64,000 bases of DNA from NCBI GenBank assembly GCA_023701005.1, contig JAMPXW010000001.1, positions 143,843-207,842 of the forward strand, in the 5' to 3' direction. Origin of the DNA: Burkholderiales bacterium. GTDB taxonomy: Bacteria > Patescibacteriota > Minisyncoccia > Phycocordibacterales > UBA9973. Made by a program: the position numbers and the translations under genes. This document shows positions 27,187-36,429 of this stretch, one piece after another (the first letter of the stretch is position 1; every line of letters starts with the position of its first letter). Below the pieces are notes generated by a model. That model saw only the letters and a list, made by a program, of their open reading frames with translations, was not told the origin of the DNA and made no database searches.

Positions 27187-28896
27187 ATGGAATACAAAAG
27201 TGAAATAAAAAATTGCCAGAATTGTAAGAAAGACTTTACCATAGAGCCGGAAGATTTTAAGTTTTATGAAAAGATGAAAGTACCTCCTCCTACTTGGTGC
27301 CCGGAATGTAGAATGATTCGACGTTTTTCTTTTCAAAATAGTTGGAATTTATATTGGCGTAATTGTGATTTGTGCACGGAGAGAACCCTCTCAATGTATC
27401 CTCAAGAAGATAAAATAAAAGTTTATTGTGCTAAGTGTTATTGGAGTGATAAATGGGATGATTTAGCATATAGTATGAATTATGATTCTACTCGTTCATT
27501 TTTAGAACAAATAAAAGAATTAGGTCAAAAAACTCCATATCCAGCCTTGGAAAGTTTGTATACGAGTTTAATTAACTCGAATTATTCAAATGCTTTAGCT
27601 TGGAGTAAAAATTGTTATCAAGTCTATTGGACAGATTTTTGTGAAAACGTTTATTATTCTTCTGTCTTGAATGGGTTGAAGTATAGTATAGATTGTTTGA
27701 GAGGTTTTGAATCTGAACTTTGTTATGAATCGATAGGATTTAGTAGATGTTACAATTTATTCTTTTCAGAAGAATGTGATGATTGTTTGAATGTCTATTT
27801 TTCACGTAATTGTTATGGATGTACAAACTGTATAGGGTGTGTAAATTTGAGAGGAGGATCAAATTGTATTTTTAACGTAAAATATTCAAAAGAAGAGTAT
27901 GAATTAAAATTGAAAGAATTAAATTTAGATTCTTGGAAAAATATTAAGGAATTTAAAAAAGAAGCTTACAGATTTTGGCTTTCTAAGCCATATAGAGAAT
28001 ACAATGGTCATTCTTTAAATTTAAATGTGACAGGCGATCACGTATATACATCTAAAAATTCTAAAGATTGTTATATAGTGAATGGTGCAGAAAATTGTAA
28101 ATATTGCCAAATAATAACTGTTGCCCCGGCTAAAGATTGTATGGATTATTCTGGCTGGGGGAATAATGCCGAATTGATATATGAAGCTAACCAAATAGGA
28201 GAAAATGCTAGCAATGTGAAGTTTTCGATGATATCTTCTTCTGAATTATTTAACAGTGAATATTGTATATGGAATTCTGTTTGTAAAAATAATTTTGGAT
28301 GTGTGAATCTTAAGCGAAAACAGTATTGTATTTTAAATAAACAATACACAAAAGAAGAATATGAAAAATTGAAAGAAAAAATAATAGAAGATATGAAGAA
28401 AAATCCATATATAGATAAGTTGGGACGTAAATATTATTATGGAGAATTTTTTCCAATAGAATTTAGTAAGTTTCCTTATAATAAATCTAACGCTATGCGA
28501 TTTTTCCCAAAGACAAAAGAAGAAGCTTTAAGGGAGGGTTATTCCTGGAGTGATAAAGAGGATACTTTTCATGAATCTTCTTTTGGGGCAGATTTTTTGC
28601 CAGAGAAAATAATAGATACAGATGAAAGTATTTTAGGTAAAATAATAGAATGTGAAAAGTGTAAAAATGGTTTTAAAATAGTAAAAGGAGAATTGGATTT
28701 ATTACATAAAATTAATTTGCCTGTGCCTCATTTATGTCCTAAATGTAGAGAAAATGAAAGATTTGAGAGGATGACTAAGCCCAAAATGTATAATAGAAAA
28801 TGTATGAAATGTAATATTGATATTTATACTCCTTACTCTCCAGATAGACCTGAGATAGTGTATTGTGTGAAGTGTTATCAGCAGGAATTTGTTTAA
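27187..28896 (+). CDS. Cys-rich multi-zinc-ribbon hypothetical protein, paralog 2
   Basis: Same architecture as 25456-27132; near-identical termini. Confidence 0.8.
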   Translation: MEYKSEIKNCQNCKKDFTIEPEDFKFYEKMKVPPPTWCPECRMIRRFSFQNSWNLYWRNCDLCTERTLSMYPQEDKIKVYCAKCYWSDKWDDLAYSMNYDSTRSFLEQIKELGQKTPYPALESLYTSLINSNYSNALAWSKNCYQVYWTDFCENVYYSSVLNGLKYSIDCLRGFESELCYESIGFSRCYNLFFSEECDDCLNVYFSRNCYGCTNCIGCVNLRGGSNCIFNVKYSKEEYELKLKELNLDSWKNIKEFKKEAYRFWLSKPYREYNGHSLNLNVTGDHVYTSKNSKDCYIVNGAENCKYCQIITVAPAKDCMDYSGWGNNAELIYEANQIGENASNVKFSMISSSELFNSEYCIWNSVCKNNFGCVNLKRKQYCILNKQYTKEEYEKLKEKIIEDMKKNPYIDKLGRKYYYGEFFPIEFSKFPYNKSNAMRFFPKTKEEALREGYSWSDKEDTFHESSFGADFLPEKIIDTDESILGKIIECEKCKNGFKIVKGELDLLHKINLPVPHLCPKCRENERFERMTKPKMYNRKCMKCNIDIYTPYSPDRPEIVYCVKCYQQEFV

Positions 28897-28897
28897 A

Positions 28898-28933
28898 ACC
28901 CCGAACGAAAGCAAGCTTCATACGGGGCAGGTT
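28898..28933. repeat. Palindromic element family B, intergenic copy abutting the rplS -35 box
   Basis: accccgaacgaaagcaagcttcatacggggcaggtt; matches 570-605. Confidence 0.85.
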
Positions 28934-28967
28934 GCAAAAATGAGATACTTGTGTTAAATTGGGGTCT

Positions 28968-29372
28968 ATGACAAAGATAGATAAAACAAAACTTAGTCCG
29001 GTTAATATCGAGGACAGGAAAAAGCTTGATTTTAATTCAGGAGACACAGTGCGTGTCTGGTCTAAGGTTTTAGATGAAAAGGGAAAGACTCGTCTTCAGG
29101 CTTTTGAAGGAATAGTGCTTGCTCGTAAACATGGTACAGAAATAGGTGCTACTTTTACAGTTCGCAGAGTAGCTTCAGGTGTCGGCGTAGAAAGAATTTT
29201 CCCATTATACTCTCCAGTAATTGATAAAATAGAAATAACAAAGAAATCTCGCGCAAGAAAATCAAAGCTTTATTACGTACGTACAAAAGCTGTTAGGGAT
29301 GTAAGAAGAAAATTACGTTCAATCACTTCTATGGTAGACGAAGAAGTTGAAGAAACTAAAAAAGAAGAATAA
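28968..29372 (+). CDS. rplS: 50S ribosomal protein L19
   Basis: FNSGDTVRV, RLQAFEGIV, GVGVERIFP, RARKSKLYY. Confidence 0.96.
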   Translation: MTKIDKTKLSPVNIEDRKKLDFNSGDTVRVWSKVLDEKGKTRLQAFEGIVLARKHGTEIGATFTVRRVASGVGVERIFPLYSPVIDKIEITKKSRARKSKLYYVRTKAVRDVRRKLRSITSMVDEEVEETKKEE

Positions 29373-29377
29373 AACAT

Positions 29378-29407
29378 AAAAACCTCCTAAATGGAGGTTT
29401 TTATTTT
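29378..29407 (+). terminator. Intrinsic terminator after rplS
   Basis: aaaaacctcc-taaat-ggaggtttttatttt. Confidence 0.8.
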
Positions 29408-29455
29408 GAATATTAATTAGTAGACGATATTACCTTGAGGTGATATAATGTCTGT

Positions 29456-30133
29456 ATGGGGAACAGGGGTCCACAACCAAAAAAAATTATAGATGAAACA
29501 TGGAATGCTAATTTAGCATATGCAATTGGCTTAATTGCTACAGATGGATGTTTGTCAAAAGATGGACTGCTTGTTGACTTAACTTCGAAAGACAGAGAGC
29601 AATTATTAAATTTTTCTAAATGTGTGGGGGTGAATTTCAAAATAGGAAATAAATGGAATATAAGAGGGGATGAATGTTTAAGAATCCAGTTTAAGAATAG
29701 AATATTTTATGATTTTCTTTTATCTATTGGATTAACTCCAAAAAAGTCATTAACTATGGGAAAGTTAAAAATACCAGACAAATATTTTTTTGATTTTTTA
29801 CGAGGATGTTTTGATGGGGATGGGTGTTTCTACTCCTATTGGGATTCAAGATGGCGTTCAAGTCATATGTTTTATTTAACCTTTAATTCAGCAAGCTATA
29901 TTCATGTTCTGTGGCTTCAAGAAAGAATATTTAAATTTTTGTTAATTAAGGGGCATATTTCTAAATCACAACGAAAGGGTTCAATCTATAGTTTAAGATA
30001 TGCGAAGAGGGAAGCGATGGAAATAATTAATAAAATGTATTACAATCCTAATGTTGTTTGTTTATCTCGAAAAAAAGAGAAAATAGACAAGGCTCTTTTA
30101 GTAGAGAAAAAACAACAAAAAACTTATATTTAA
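29456..30133 (+). CDS. Free-standing double-motif LAGLIDADG homing-type endonuclease
   Basis: AYAIGLIATDGC and FLRGCFDGDGC motifs, C-terminal LSRK; no intein ends or intron seen. Confidence 0.85.
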   Translation: MGNRGPQPKKIIDETWNANLAYAIGLIATDGCLSKDGLLVDLTSKDREQLLNFSKCVGVNFKIGNKWNIRGDECLRIQFKNRIFYDFLLSIGLTPKKSLTMGKLKIPDKYFFDFLRGCFDGDGCFYSYWDSRWRSSHMFYLTFNSASYIHVLWLQERIFKFLLIKGHISKSQRKGSIYSLRYAKREAMEIINKMYYNPNVVCLSRKKEKIDKALLVEKKQQKTYI

Positions 30134-30135
30134 AT

Positions 30136-30217
30136 GCTCGGGTGATGTAATTGGTAACCATGTACGATTGAGGTTCGTATGGCGCAAGCCGTGGGAGTTC
30201 AAGTCTCCCCCCGAGCA
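30136..30217 (+). tRNA. tRNA-Leu(GAG)
   Basis: GCTCGGG/CCCGAGC acceptor stem, tacga-ttGAGgt-tcgta, variable arm ggcgcaagcc. Confidence 0.94.
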
Positions 30218-30233
30218 CCTTTAGTAAAATTTT

Positions 30234-31043
30234 ATGAAAGTAATAAAAATTGGAAAAGAAAATGCACAATTTCAAATATTGAATGCATTGAAGACAAACA
30301 GAGAAAAGAGAAATCATGAAGGTTTTATCTTTGAAGGTGTTCGCAATATAAATAATGCCATTAAATATAATTGGAAAATTAAATCATTTTTTTACTCATC
30401 GGAGAAAGGTTTATCTGATTGGGCAAAAAATATTTTAAAAAATTCAAAAACAGAGATGCATTACGACCTTTCTCTTGAACTTTTGAAAAAATTGAGCAAC
30501 AAAAAAGAACCTTCCGAATTGCTTGCATTGTCAGAAATACCCAAGAATGACTTAAATAAAATAAAAGTGAAAGATATTCCGCTGATAGTTGTTTTTGATA
30601 GGCCTTCAAGTCCGGGCAACCTTGGTACGATTATTCGTTCTTGTGATGCCCTTGGGGTTGATGGATTAATTATTACGGGGCATGCGGTAGATCTTTATGA
30701 TCCAGAAACAATAAGTGCGACGACAGGTTCTTTGTTTTCACTACCTATTGTACGGCTTCCTTCGCAAAAAGAACTCGAGTCTTGGATAAAAGAAATAAAA
30801 GAAAAATATCCGGAATTAAAAATTGTTGGCACTGATGAAAATGGAGCTCATTCGATTTATGAATATGATTTTAAGAAACCTACTATTCTTTTAGCGGGAA
30901 ATGAAAAATGGGGATTAAGTATCGGATATAAAGATTTGGCAGATGATATGGTTAAAATTCCAATGCAAGGTTCAGCTAGTTCGCTTAATGTTGCTGTTGC
31001 TACTTCTATTGTTGTTTCTGAGATTAACAGGCAAAGAGTTTAA
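30234..31043 (+). CDS. TrmH-family RNA methyltransferase (with N-terminal substrate-binding domain)
   Basis: FIFEG, PGNLGTIIRS, GNEKWGL, IPMQGSASSLNVA. Confidence 0.9.
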   Translation: MKVIKIGKENAQFQILNALKTNREKRNHEGFIFEGVRNINNAIKYNWKIKSFFYSSEKGLSDWAKNILKNSKTEMHYDLSLELLKKLSNKKEPSELLALSEIPKNDLNKIKVKDIPLIVVFDRPSSPGNLGTIIRSCDALGVDGLIITGHAVDLYDPETISATTGSLFSLPIVRLPSQKELESWIKEIKEKYPELKIVGTDENGAHSIYEYDFKKPTILLAGNEKWGLSIGYKDLADDMVKIPMQGSASSLNVAVATSIVVSEINRQRV

Positions 31044-31062
31044 AAAATGTTAGAATTAATTT

Positions 31063-31737
31063 ATGGATTTAAAAGATAAAATAGTAGTTATAACTGGAGG
31101 AACGAAAGGCTTGGGAAAAGCCTTAGCTTTTTCTTTTGTAAAAAATTATTCTAAGGTTGTAGTGTGTTCTCGTGAAGATAATAGGCCAGAATCTTTAGAA
31201 GAAAATATTTTGTGGATCAAAGCGGATGTTACAAAGGAAGATGAGATGAAAGAATTAGCAGATAAGGTTGTTGAAAAATTTGAGAAAATAGATATTTGGA
31301 TAAATAATGCTGGTCTTTGGTTGCCGCGTGATTTTATTGAAAATCTTGATATGGGAAAAGTTAGAGAGATGTTTGATGTAAATGTTTTTGGTTTGATGAA
31401 CGGAACCAAAATAGCAATAATGCACATGAAGCAAATTGGTAATGGAATGATTATTAATTTAATTTCTGATGCAGCTTTAATGAAGAAGCCACATATTTCT
31501 TCTTCTGCATACTTGTCTAGTAAATATGCAGTAAATGGGTTTACTAGTGCGATTCGAGCAGAAAATGAAAATATAAAAGTATTTTCCATATTTCCTGGAG
31601 CAATAAAAACAGAAATTTTTGGTGAAACAAAGTTTGAAAATTATGATGAATTTATGGAACCTTCTTTTGTTGCAGAAAAAATTGTAGATAATCTTAAAAA
31701 AGAAATACCTGAAGAAGAATTAATTATAAGACGTTAA
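31063..31737 (+). CDS. Short-chain dehydrogenase/reductase
   Basis: TGGTKGLG, INNAG, YLSSK. Confidence 0.9.
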   Translation: MDLKDKIVVITGGTKGLGKALAFSFVKNYSKVVVCSREDNRPESLEENILWIKADVTKEDEMKELADKVVEKFEKIDIWINNAGLWLPRDFIENLDMGKVREMFDVNVFGLMNGTKIAIMHMKQIGNGMIINLISDAALMKKPHISSSAYLSSKYAVNGFTSAIRAENENIKVFSIFPGAIKTEIFGETKFENYDEFMEPSFVAEKIVDNLKKEIPEEELIIRR

Positions 31738-31749
31738 TTTTTTTAAAAT

Positions 31750-32310
31750 ATGCTTTATACAAGAAAAGGAGACAATGGAACAACAAAAACATTTGGTTGT
31801 GATCAACGTATTTCCAAGAGTTCAGCTATAGCTGAAGCACTTGGTTCTTTAGATGAAACCAATTCTTTTTTGGGCTTATGTAAAGTTAAGGCGTCCCAAA
31901 AAGGACAGACCTTAATTCTTCAAGAAGGTCTGTCCTTGGCTAGTATTATTCATGATATACAAAAGAATTTATTTATTATTCAGGCAGAATTAGCTGGAGC
32001 TTCCATGTCTATTGATCAAGAAAAATTGGATGAATTAGAAAAAATAGTAGATACAATAGAAAAACAATTACCGCCGATTAAAACTTTTTTCATCTCTGGG
32101 GGCACAGAACTCGCTGCTACTTTCGATTTTGCACGCACCATTTCTCGTAGAGCAGAGAGGAGAGTGATAGCTGTAGCAGATGAAGGAAAAGTAGAAATCA
32201 AACCATCCACGAAAGCATATTTGAATCGTTTATCTAGTGTGCTTTATGCTTTCGCTAGATTGGCAAATCATGAAGCTAAAATAACAGAAGAAAGCCCTGA
32301 TTATAAATAA
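31750..32310 (+). CDS. PduO-type ATP:cob(I)alamin adenosyltransferase
   Basis: YTRKGDNGTT, GSLDETNSFLG, RTISRRAERR, YLNRLSS. Confidence 0.9.
   Translation: MLYTRKGDNGTTKTFGCDQRISKSSAIAEALGSLDETNSFLGLCKVKASQKGQTLILQEGLSLASIIHDIQKNLFIIQAELAGASMSIDQEKLDELEKIVDTIEKQLPPIKTFFISGGTELAATFDFARTISRRAERRVIAVADEGKVEIKPSTKAYLNRLSSVLYAFARLANHEAKITEESPDYK
31901..31937. repeat. In-frame palindromic insertion (KGQTLILQEGLSL)
   Basis: aaggacagacctt-11 nt-aaggtctgtcctt, perfect 13-bp inverted repeat. Confidence 0.75.
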
Positions 32311-32369
32311 AACTAGATTTATAATTATTTTTCTGGTATAAATTAAATTATCCTTAAAAGGATATGTAT

Positions 32370-32442
32370 GGTGCCTATGGTGTAATGGTTAGCACTAGGG
32401 TTTGTGGAACCCTCAGTTCGAGTTCGAATCTCGATAGGCACC
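32370..32442 (+). tRNA. tRNA-His(GTG) with encoded G-1
   Basis: G-1, GTGCCTA/TAGGCAC, C73, agggt-ttGTGga-accct. Confidence 0.95.
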
Positions 32443-32447
32443 CAACT

Positions 32448-32885
32448 ATGTTGTCTAAAGACATAAAAGATACAGAGAAAATAGCTAAAATTTTTCTTGA
32501 TAAAATTTCAAAAAACAAAAAGAAGCATAAAGGTGCTTTGGTTGTTGGCCTATCTGGGGATTTAGGTGCAGGGAAGACTGCTTTTGTAAAATTTATTGCT
32601 AAACATTTAGGAATAAAAAATAAAGTTTTTAGTCCTACTTATGTGATTTTTAAGAAATATAAAGTTAAATTAAATGAGTATAAACATTTTTTCCACATGG
32701 ATGCATATAGAATCGAAGATGAAAAAGAACTTTTAAATTTAAATTGGGAAGAAATCATAAATAATGATGAAAATATTATTTTTATTGAATGGCCAGAAAA
32801 TATTTCAAAATCGATGCCGAAACATTCTAAATATGTTTATATTTTGAGTAATGATAATGGACATAGAAATTTTAAGTTTAAATAA
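32448..32885 (+). CDS. tsaE: t6A biosynthesis ATPase TsaE (true start after tRNA-His)
   Basis: GDLGAGKT, SPTY, HMDAYRI, IEWPE. Confidence 0.93.
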   Translation: MLSKDIKDTEKIAKIFLDKISKNKKKHKGALVVGLSGDLGAGKTAFVKFIAKHLGIKNKVFSPTYVIFKKYKVKLNEYKHFFHMDAYRIEDEKELLNLNWEEIINNDENIIFIEWPENISKSMPKHSKYVYILSNDNGHRNFKFK

Positions 32886-32886
32886 A

Positions 32887-33477
32887 ATGCAAAATAATAT
32901 TTGGGAAAATGAAAATTTAATAAAAGTACTTAAGAATAAAGGAGTGGCTGTGATGCCTACAGACACCATCTATGGGATAGTTGGGGAGGCCTTGGATAAA
33001 GATGTTGTAGAAAGAATCTATAATATAAAAGGACGAAATCCAGACAAACCCTGTATAATTTTAATTGGTGACATAAAAGATCTTGAAAGATTTTCTATTT
33101 ATTTAACAGAAGAAAAAAAGAAAGATTTAGAAAAATATTGGTCCTTAGACAATACTCAGGATTTTCAATCGAAAGCAGTGAGTATTGTTTTAGATTGTGA
33201 AAATGATTCTTTGGAGTATTTGCATCGAGGCACTAATACCTTAGCTTTTCGTTTACCTTTTTCAAATGATCTTAGAAATTTGCTTATAGAGACAGGTCCA
33301 CTTATTGTTCCATCTGCAAATACGGAGGCGACGCCTCCGTCTGTGAACATAGAAGAGGCTAAGAGATATTTTGAAGATCTGGTGGATTTATATATAGATG
33401 GAGGTGAATTAAAAGGAAAAGCTTCTAAACTCATTAAATTAAATATGGATGGATCTGTTGTTGTGCTTCGAGAATAA
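32887..33477 (+). CDS. tsaC: Threonylcarbamoyl-AMP synthase (YrdC/Sua5)
   Basis: PTDTIYGI, KGRNPDKP, AFRLP, PSAN. Confidence 0.92.
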   Translation: MQNNIWENENLIKVLKNKGVAVMPTDTIYGIVGEALDKDVVERIYNIKGRNPDKPCIILIGDIKDLERFSIYLTEEKKKDLEKYWSLDNTQDFQSKAVSIVLDCENDSLEYLHRGTNTLAFRLPFSNDLRNLLIETGPLIVPSANTEATPPSVNIEEAKRYFEDLVDLYIDGGELKGKASKLIKLNMDGSVVVLRE

Positions 33478-33491
33478 AAATATGTCATAAT

Positions 33492-34874
33492 ATGAAGGAT
33501 ATTATGAAAAAAAGTATTTTAGAAAAGATTTTTAGTGCACCAGCAGAGATACTAGAAAAGACCGTAGAATTAGAAAAAGAGATAGAGAAAGATATAGAAG
33601 AGAAAGAGCCGGTTAAAGAAGTTAAAGAATATTGGAGAACTTTAGGGCCTGGGCTTACGACGGGTGCTGCTGACGACGATCCTTCTGGTATCGCTACTTA
33701 TTCTCAAATGGGTGCTTCTCGTGGTTTTGGACTTATTTGGCTTTCTCTTTTTTCTTTTCCTCTCATGGTGACGGTACAGGAAATGTGTGCCCGAATAGGC
33801 CTCACCACGGGAGTAGGTTTGGCTACAAACATAAAGAGACATTTTTCGAAAAAGATTTTATATTTTTCTACTATACTTTTACTTTTTGCGAATGTGTTTA
33901 ACATAGGAGCAGATTTGGGTGCTATGGCAAAAGGAGTTCAACTTATTTTTCCTCAAATAAGTTTTGCATTATTGGTTTTGGGTTTTGCTATCTTCTCTCT
34001 CTTATTGCAGGTTTTTGTGCCTTATAAAAAATATTCGAAATATTTAAAATATTTGGCATTAGTATTGTTTGCTTATGTCTTTTCTGCTTTTGCTGTATCG
34101 ATAGATTGGAGTGATGTTTTTAAACATTTAATTATTCCAAATATTTCTTTTACAAAGGATGAGATTATTTTGATATGTGCTGCATTGGGTACTACCATTT
34201 CACCGTATTTATTCTTTTGGCAAACTTCACAAGAAGTAGAAGAACAGATATTGAAAGGAGAAAAGACTGAAGAAATGAGAAAAACCTTAAATACAAAAGA
34301 GGATATGCACAAAATGAGAATTGATGTTTGGTCTGGGATGTTCTTTTCTAATCTTATTATGTTTTTCATTATTGCGACGTGTGCTGCTACTTTGTTTGGA
34401 AGTGGGGTAGTAAACATAGAGACAGCCGCCGACGCAGCTCTCGCCCTTAGACCTTTTGCTGGTGATTTCGCTTTCTTTTTATTTGCTATTGGCATCATAG
34501 GGGTTGGGCTTTTGGCAATACCGATACTTGCAGGTTCTGCTTCATATGCTTTGTCTGAAGCATTCAATTGGAAAACAGGACTCTATAGAAAACTTAAACA
34601 AGCGACCTCTTTTTATGGAGTTATCATTGTGGCTATGACTTTAGGAATAATATTAAATTTTGTTGGCCTTGATCCTATAAAAACCCTTATTTATTCGGCT
34701 GTATTTAATGGTATTATTTCTCCGATAGTTTTATTTTTCATTGTAAAAATAAGTTCTAGTGAAGAGATAATGGGGGATTTTAAAAATAAAAAAATAACAA
34801 ATTATATTGGCTGGTTTACTGTTTTAATTTTATCTTTAGTTAGCGTATCCACTATTATTTTTATTTTACTTTAA
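33492..34874 (+). CDS. NRAMP-related divalent metal transporter
   Basis: LGPGLTTGAADDDPSGIATYS, GTTISPYLFFWQ, about 11 TMs. Confidence 0.88.
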   Translation: MKDIMKKSILEKIFSAPAEILEKTVELEKEIEKDIEEKEPVKEVKEYWRTLGPGLTTGAADDDPSGIATYSQMGASRGFGLIWLSLFSFPLMVTVQEMCARIGLTTGVGLATNIKRHFSKKILYFSTILLLFANVFNIGADLGAMAKGVQLIFPQISFALLVLGFAIFSLLLQVFVPYKKYSKYLKYLALVLFAYVFSAFAVSIDWSDVFKHLIIPNISFTKDEIILICAALGTTISPYLFFWQTSQEVEEQILKGEKTEEMRKTLNTKEDMHKMRIDVWSGMFFSNLIMFFIIATCAATLFGSGVVNIETAADAALALRPFAGDFAFFLFAIGIIGVGLLAIPILAGSASYALSEAFNWKTGLYRKLKQATSFYGVIIVAMTLGIILNFVGLDPIKTLIYSAVFNGIISPIVLFFIVKISSSEEIMGDFKNKKITNYIGWFTVLILSLVSVSTIIFILL

Positions 34875-34880
34875 AACTTT

Positions 34881-35924
34881 ATGGAAATTTTAAAAAATTA
34901 TGATTTAACTAAATTAAATACTTTTGGAGTGAAGGCTTTTGCGAAATTCTTTTTTGAATTGAAAGAAGAAAAAGATTTGGGAGGACTTTTCTTATCTTCG
35001 GAATTTAAAAATAATGAGAAATTATTTTTAGGTAGCGGAAGCAATATTTTATTTACAAAAGATTTTGATGGTATTGTAATTTTGAATAGTCTAAAAGGCA
35101 TTTCTATTTTAAAAGAAGATGAAGATTTTGTATATATTAGAGCATTAGGTGGAGAAAAATGGCATGATTTGGTTTTGTTTTCTGTCGATAATGGATATTG
35201 GGGGATGGAAAATCTTTCTTTGATTCCAGGAACAGTTGGAGCTACTCCTGTACAAAACATAGGAGCTTATGGGGTAGAAATAAAAGATGTTTTAGAAAAT
35301 ATTGAAGCATATAGTATAGAAGATGGACAAAAAAAAGTTTTTTCTAATAAAGAATGTGAATTTGGCTATAGAGAAAGTGCCTTTAAAAATAAATTGAAAG
35401 GGAAATATTTTATTTCGGCTGTCGTTTTTAAATTACATAAAAAAGAAAAAAAGAATTCAGATTATAAAGCTTTGCAAGATTATTTGAAAGAAAATAATTT
35501 AGAAATTAAAACATCGAAAGATGTAAGTGATGCAATAATCGAAATTCGTAGGAGTAAATTGCCAAATCCTTTTGTTTTAGGAAATGCTGGAAGTTTTTTT
35601 AAAAATGTTTATGTTAATGAAGAAAAATTGAAAGAACTCTTAAATATTTTTCCAGAGATGCCTTACTTTACGGAACCTTCCTTCACTAAAGTTTCGGAGG
35701 GCAAGGGGGGAATGATAAAAATTCCAGCGGGCTTCCTCATAGAAATGTGTGGCTGGAAAGGTAAAAAGGTGGGTAATGTCGGCGTACATGACAAACAAGC
35801 TCTCGTGATTGTGAATTATGGTGGGGCAACAGGAGAAGAAATTAAGAAATTATCAGAGGACATAATCTCTTCTGTTTATTCAAAATTTGGACTGAAATTA
35901 GAAAGAGAAGTCAATTTGATCTGA
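34881..35924 (+). CDS. murB: UDP-N-acetylenolpyruvoylglucosamine reductase
   Basis: GSGSNIL, IPGTVGATPVQNIGAYG, GNAGSFFKN, HDKQALV, LEREV. Confidence 0.95.
   Translation: MEILKNYDLTKLNTFGVKAFAKFFFELKEEKDLGGLFLSSEFKNNEKLFLGSGSNILFTKDFDGIVILNSLKGISILKEDEDFVYIRALGGEKWHDLVLFSVDNGYWGMENLSLIPGTVGATPVQNIGAYGVEIKDVLENIEAYSIEDGQKKVFSNKECEFGYRESAFKNKLKGKYFISAVVFKLHKKEKKNSDYKALQDYLKENNLEIKTSKDVSDAIIEIRRSKLPNPFVLGNAGSFFKNVYVNEEKLKELLNIFPEMPYFTEPSFTKVSEGKGGMIKIPAGFLIEMCGWKGKKVGNVGVHDKQALVIVNYGGATGEEIKKLSEDIISSVYSKFGLKLEREVNLI
35676..35706. repeat. In-frame GC-rich hairpin insertion in murB (PSFTKVSEGK)
   Basis: cctt-ccttc-actaaagtttc-ggagg-gc-aagg. Confidence 0.6.
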
Positions 35925-35949
35925 AATACTTCTCATGTATAATTAATTC

Positions 35950-36423
35950 ATGAATAAAAAAATGATTTTGTGGTTTTTAATAGTTATCCTAGTCGTAGGA
36001 GCTTTAATTTTTATTATAATTAACAAAAAAGATGATCCTACTTTTGTAGATGATACAAACAAAGGAGAAGAAAATATGCAAAATGAAGAAGGGGTTAAAG
36101 TTACAATTATAAAAGAAGGTGATGGTGAAATAGCTAAAAGTGGAGACACTGTGGCTGTGAATTATACAGGTAAGCTTATGGATGGCACTGTGTTTGATTC
36201 AAATGTAGATCCAAAATTTTCTCATGTAGAACCTTTTGCTTTCACTATAGATGGAGGGCAAGTTATAAGAGGTTGGGATGTAGGAGTGAATGGAATGAAA
36301 GTAGGCGAAAAAAGAATGCTTGAAATAGCGCCAGAGTTTGCTTATGGAGATAATGGGATAGGCCCGATACCTCCTAAATCAACTCTTATTTTTGAAGTCG
36401 AATTATTAGCAATTAAAAAATAA
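35950..36423 (+). CDS. FKBP-type peptidyl-prolyl isomerase, membrane anchored
   Basis: VNYTGKL.DGTVFDS, VIRGWD, AYG, LIFEVELL. Confidence 0.94.
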   Translation: MNKKMILWFLIVILVVGALIFIIINKKDDPTFVDDTNKGEENMQNEEGVKVTIIKEGDGEIAKSGDTVAVNYTGKLMDGTVFDSNVDPKFSHVEPFAFTIDGGQVIRGWDVGVNGMKVGEKRMLEIAPEFAYGDNGIGPIPPKSTLIFEVELLAIKK

Positions 36424-36429
36424 AATTTT

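Noticed and set aside
26686-27336. 216-aa antisense ORF and other shadow ORFs (e.g. 1342-1722, 12112-12516, 34073-34567, 48671-49060, 58874-59242)
   Set aside because: Antisense to well-supported genes, no recognisable motifs or initiation signals
29456-30133. Intein or group I intron hosting the LAGLIDADG ORF
   Set aside because: No host gene interrupted, no splicing residues at the ends, and tRNA-Leu is intact
32364-32447. N-terminal extension of the TsaE ORF
   Set aside because: It is tRNA-His read in frame; the real start is ATG 32448
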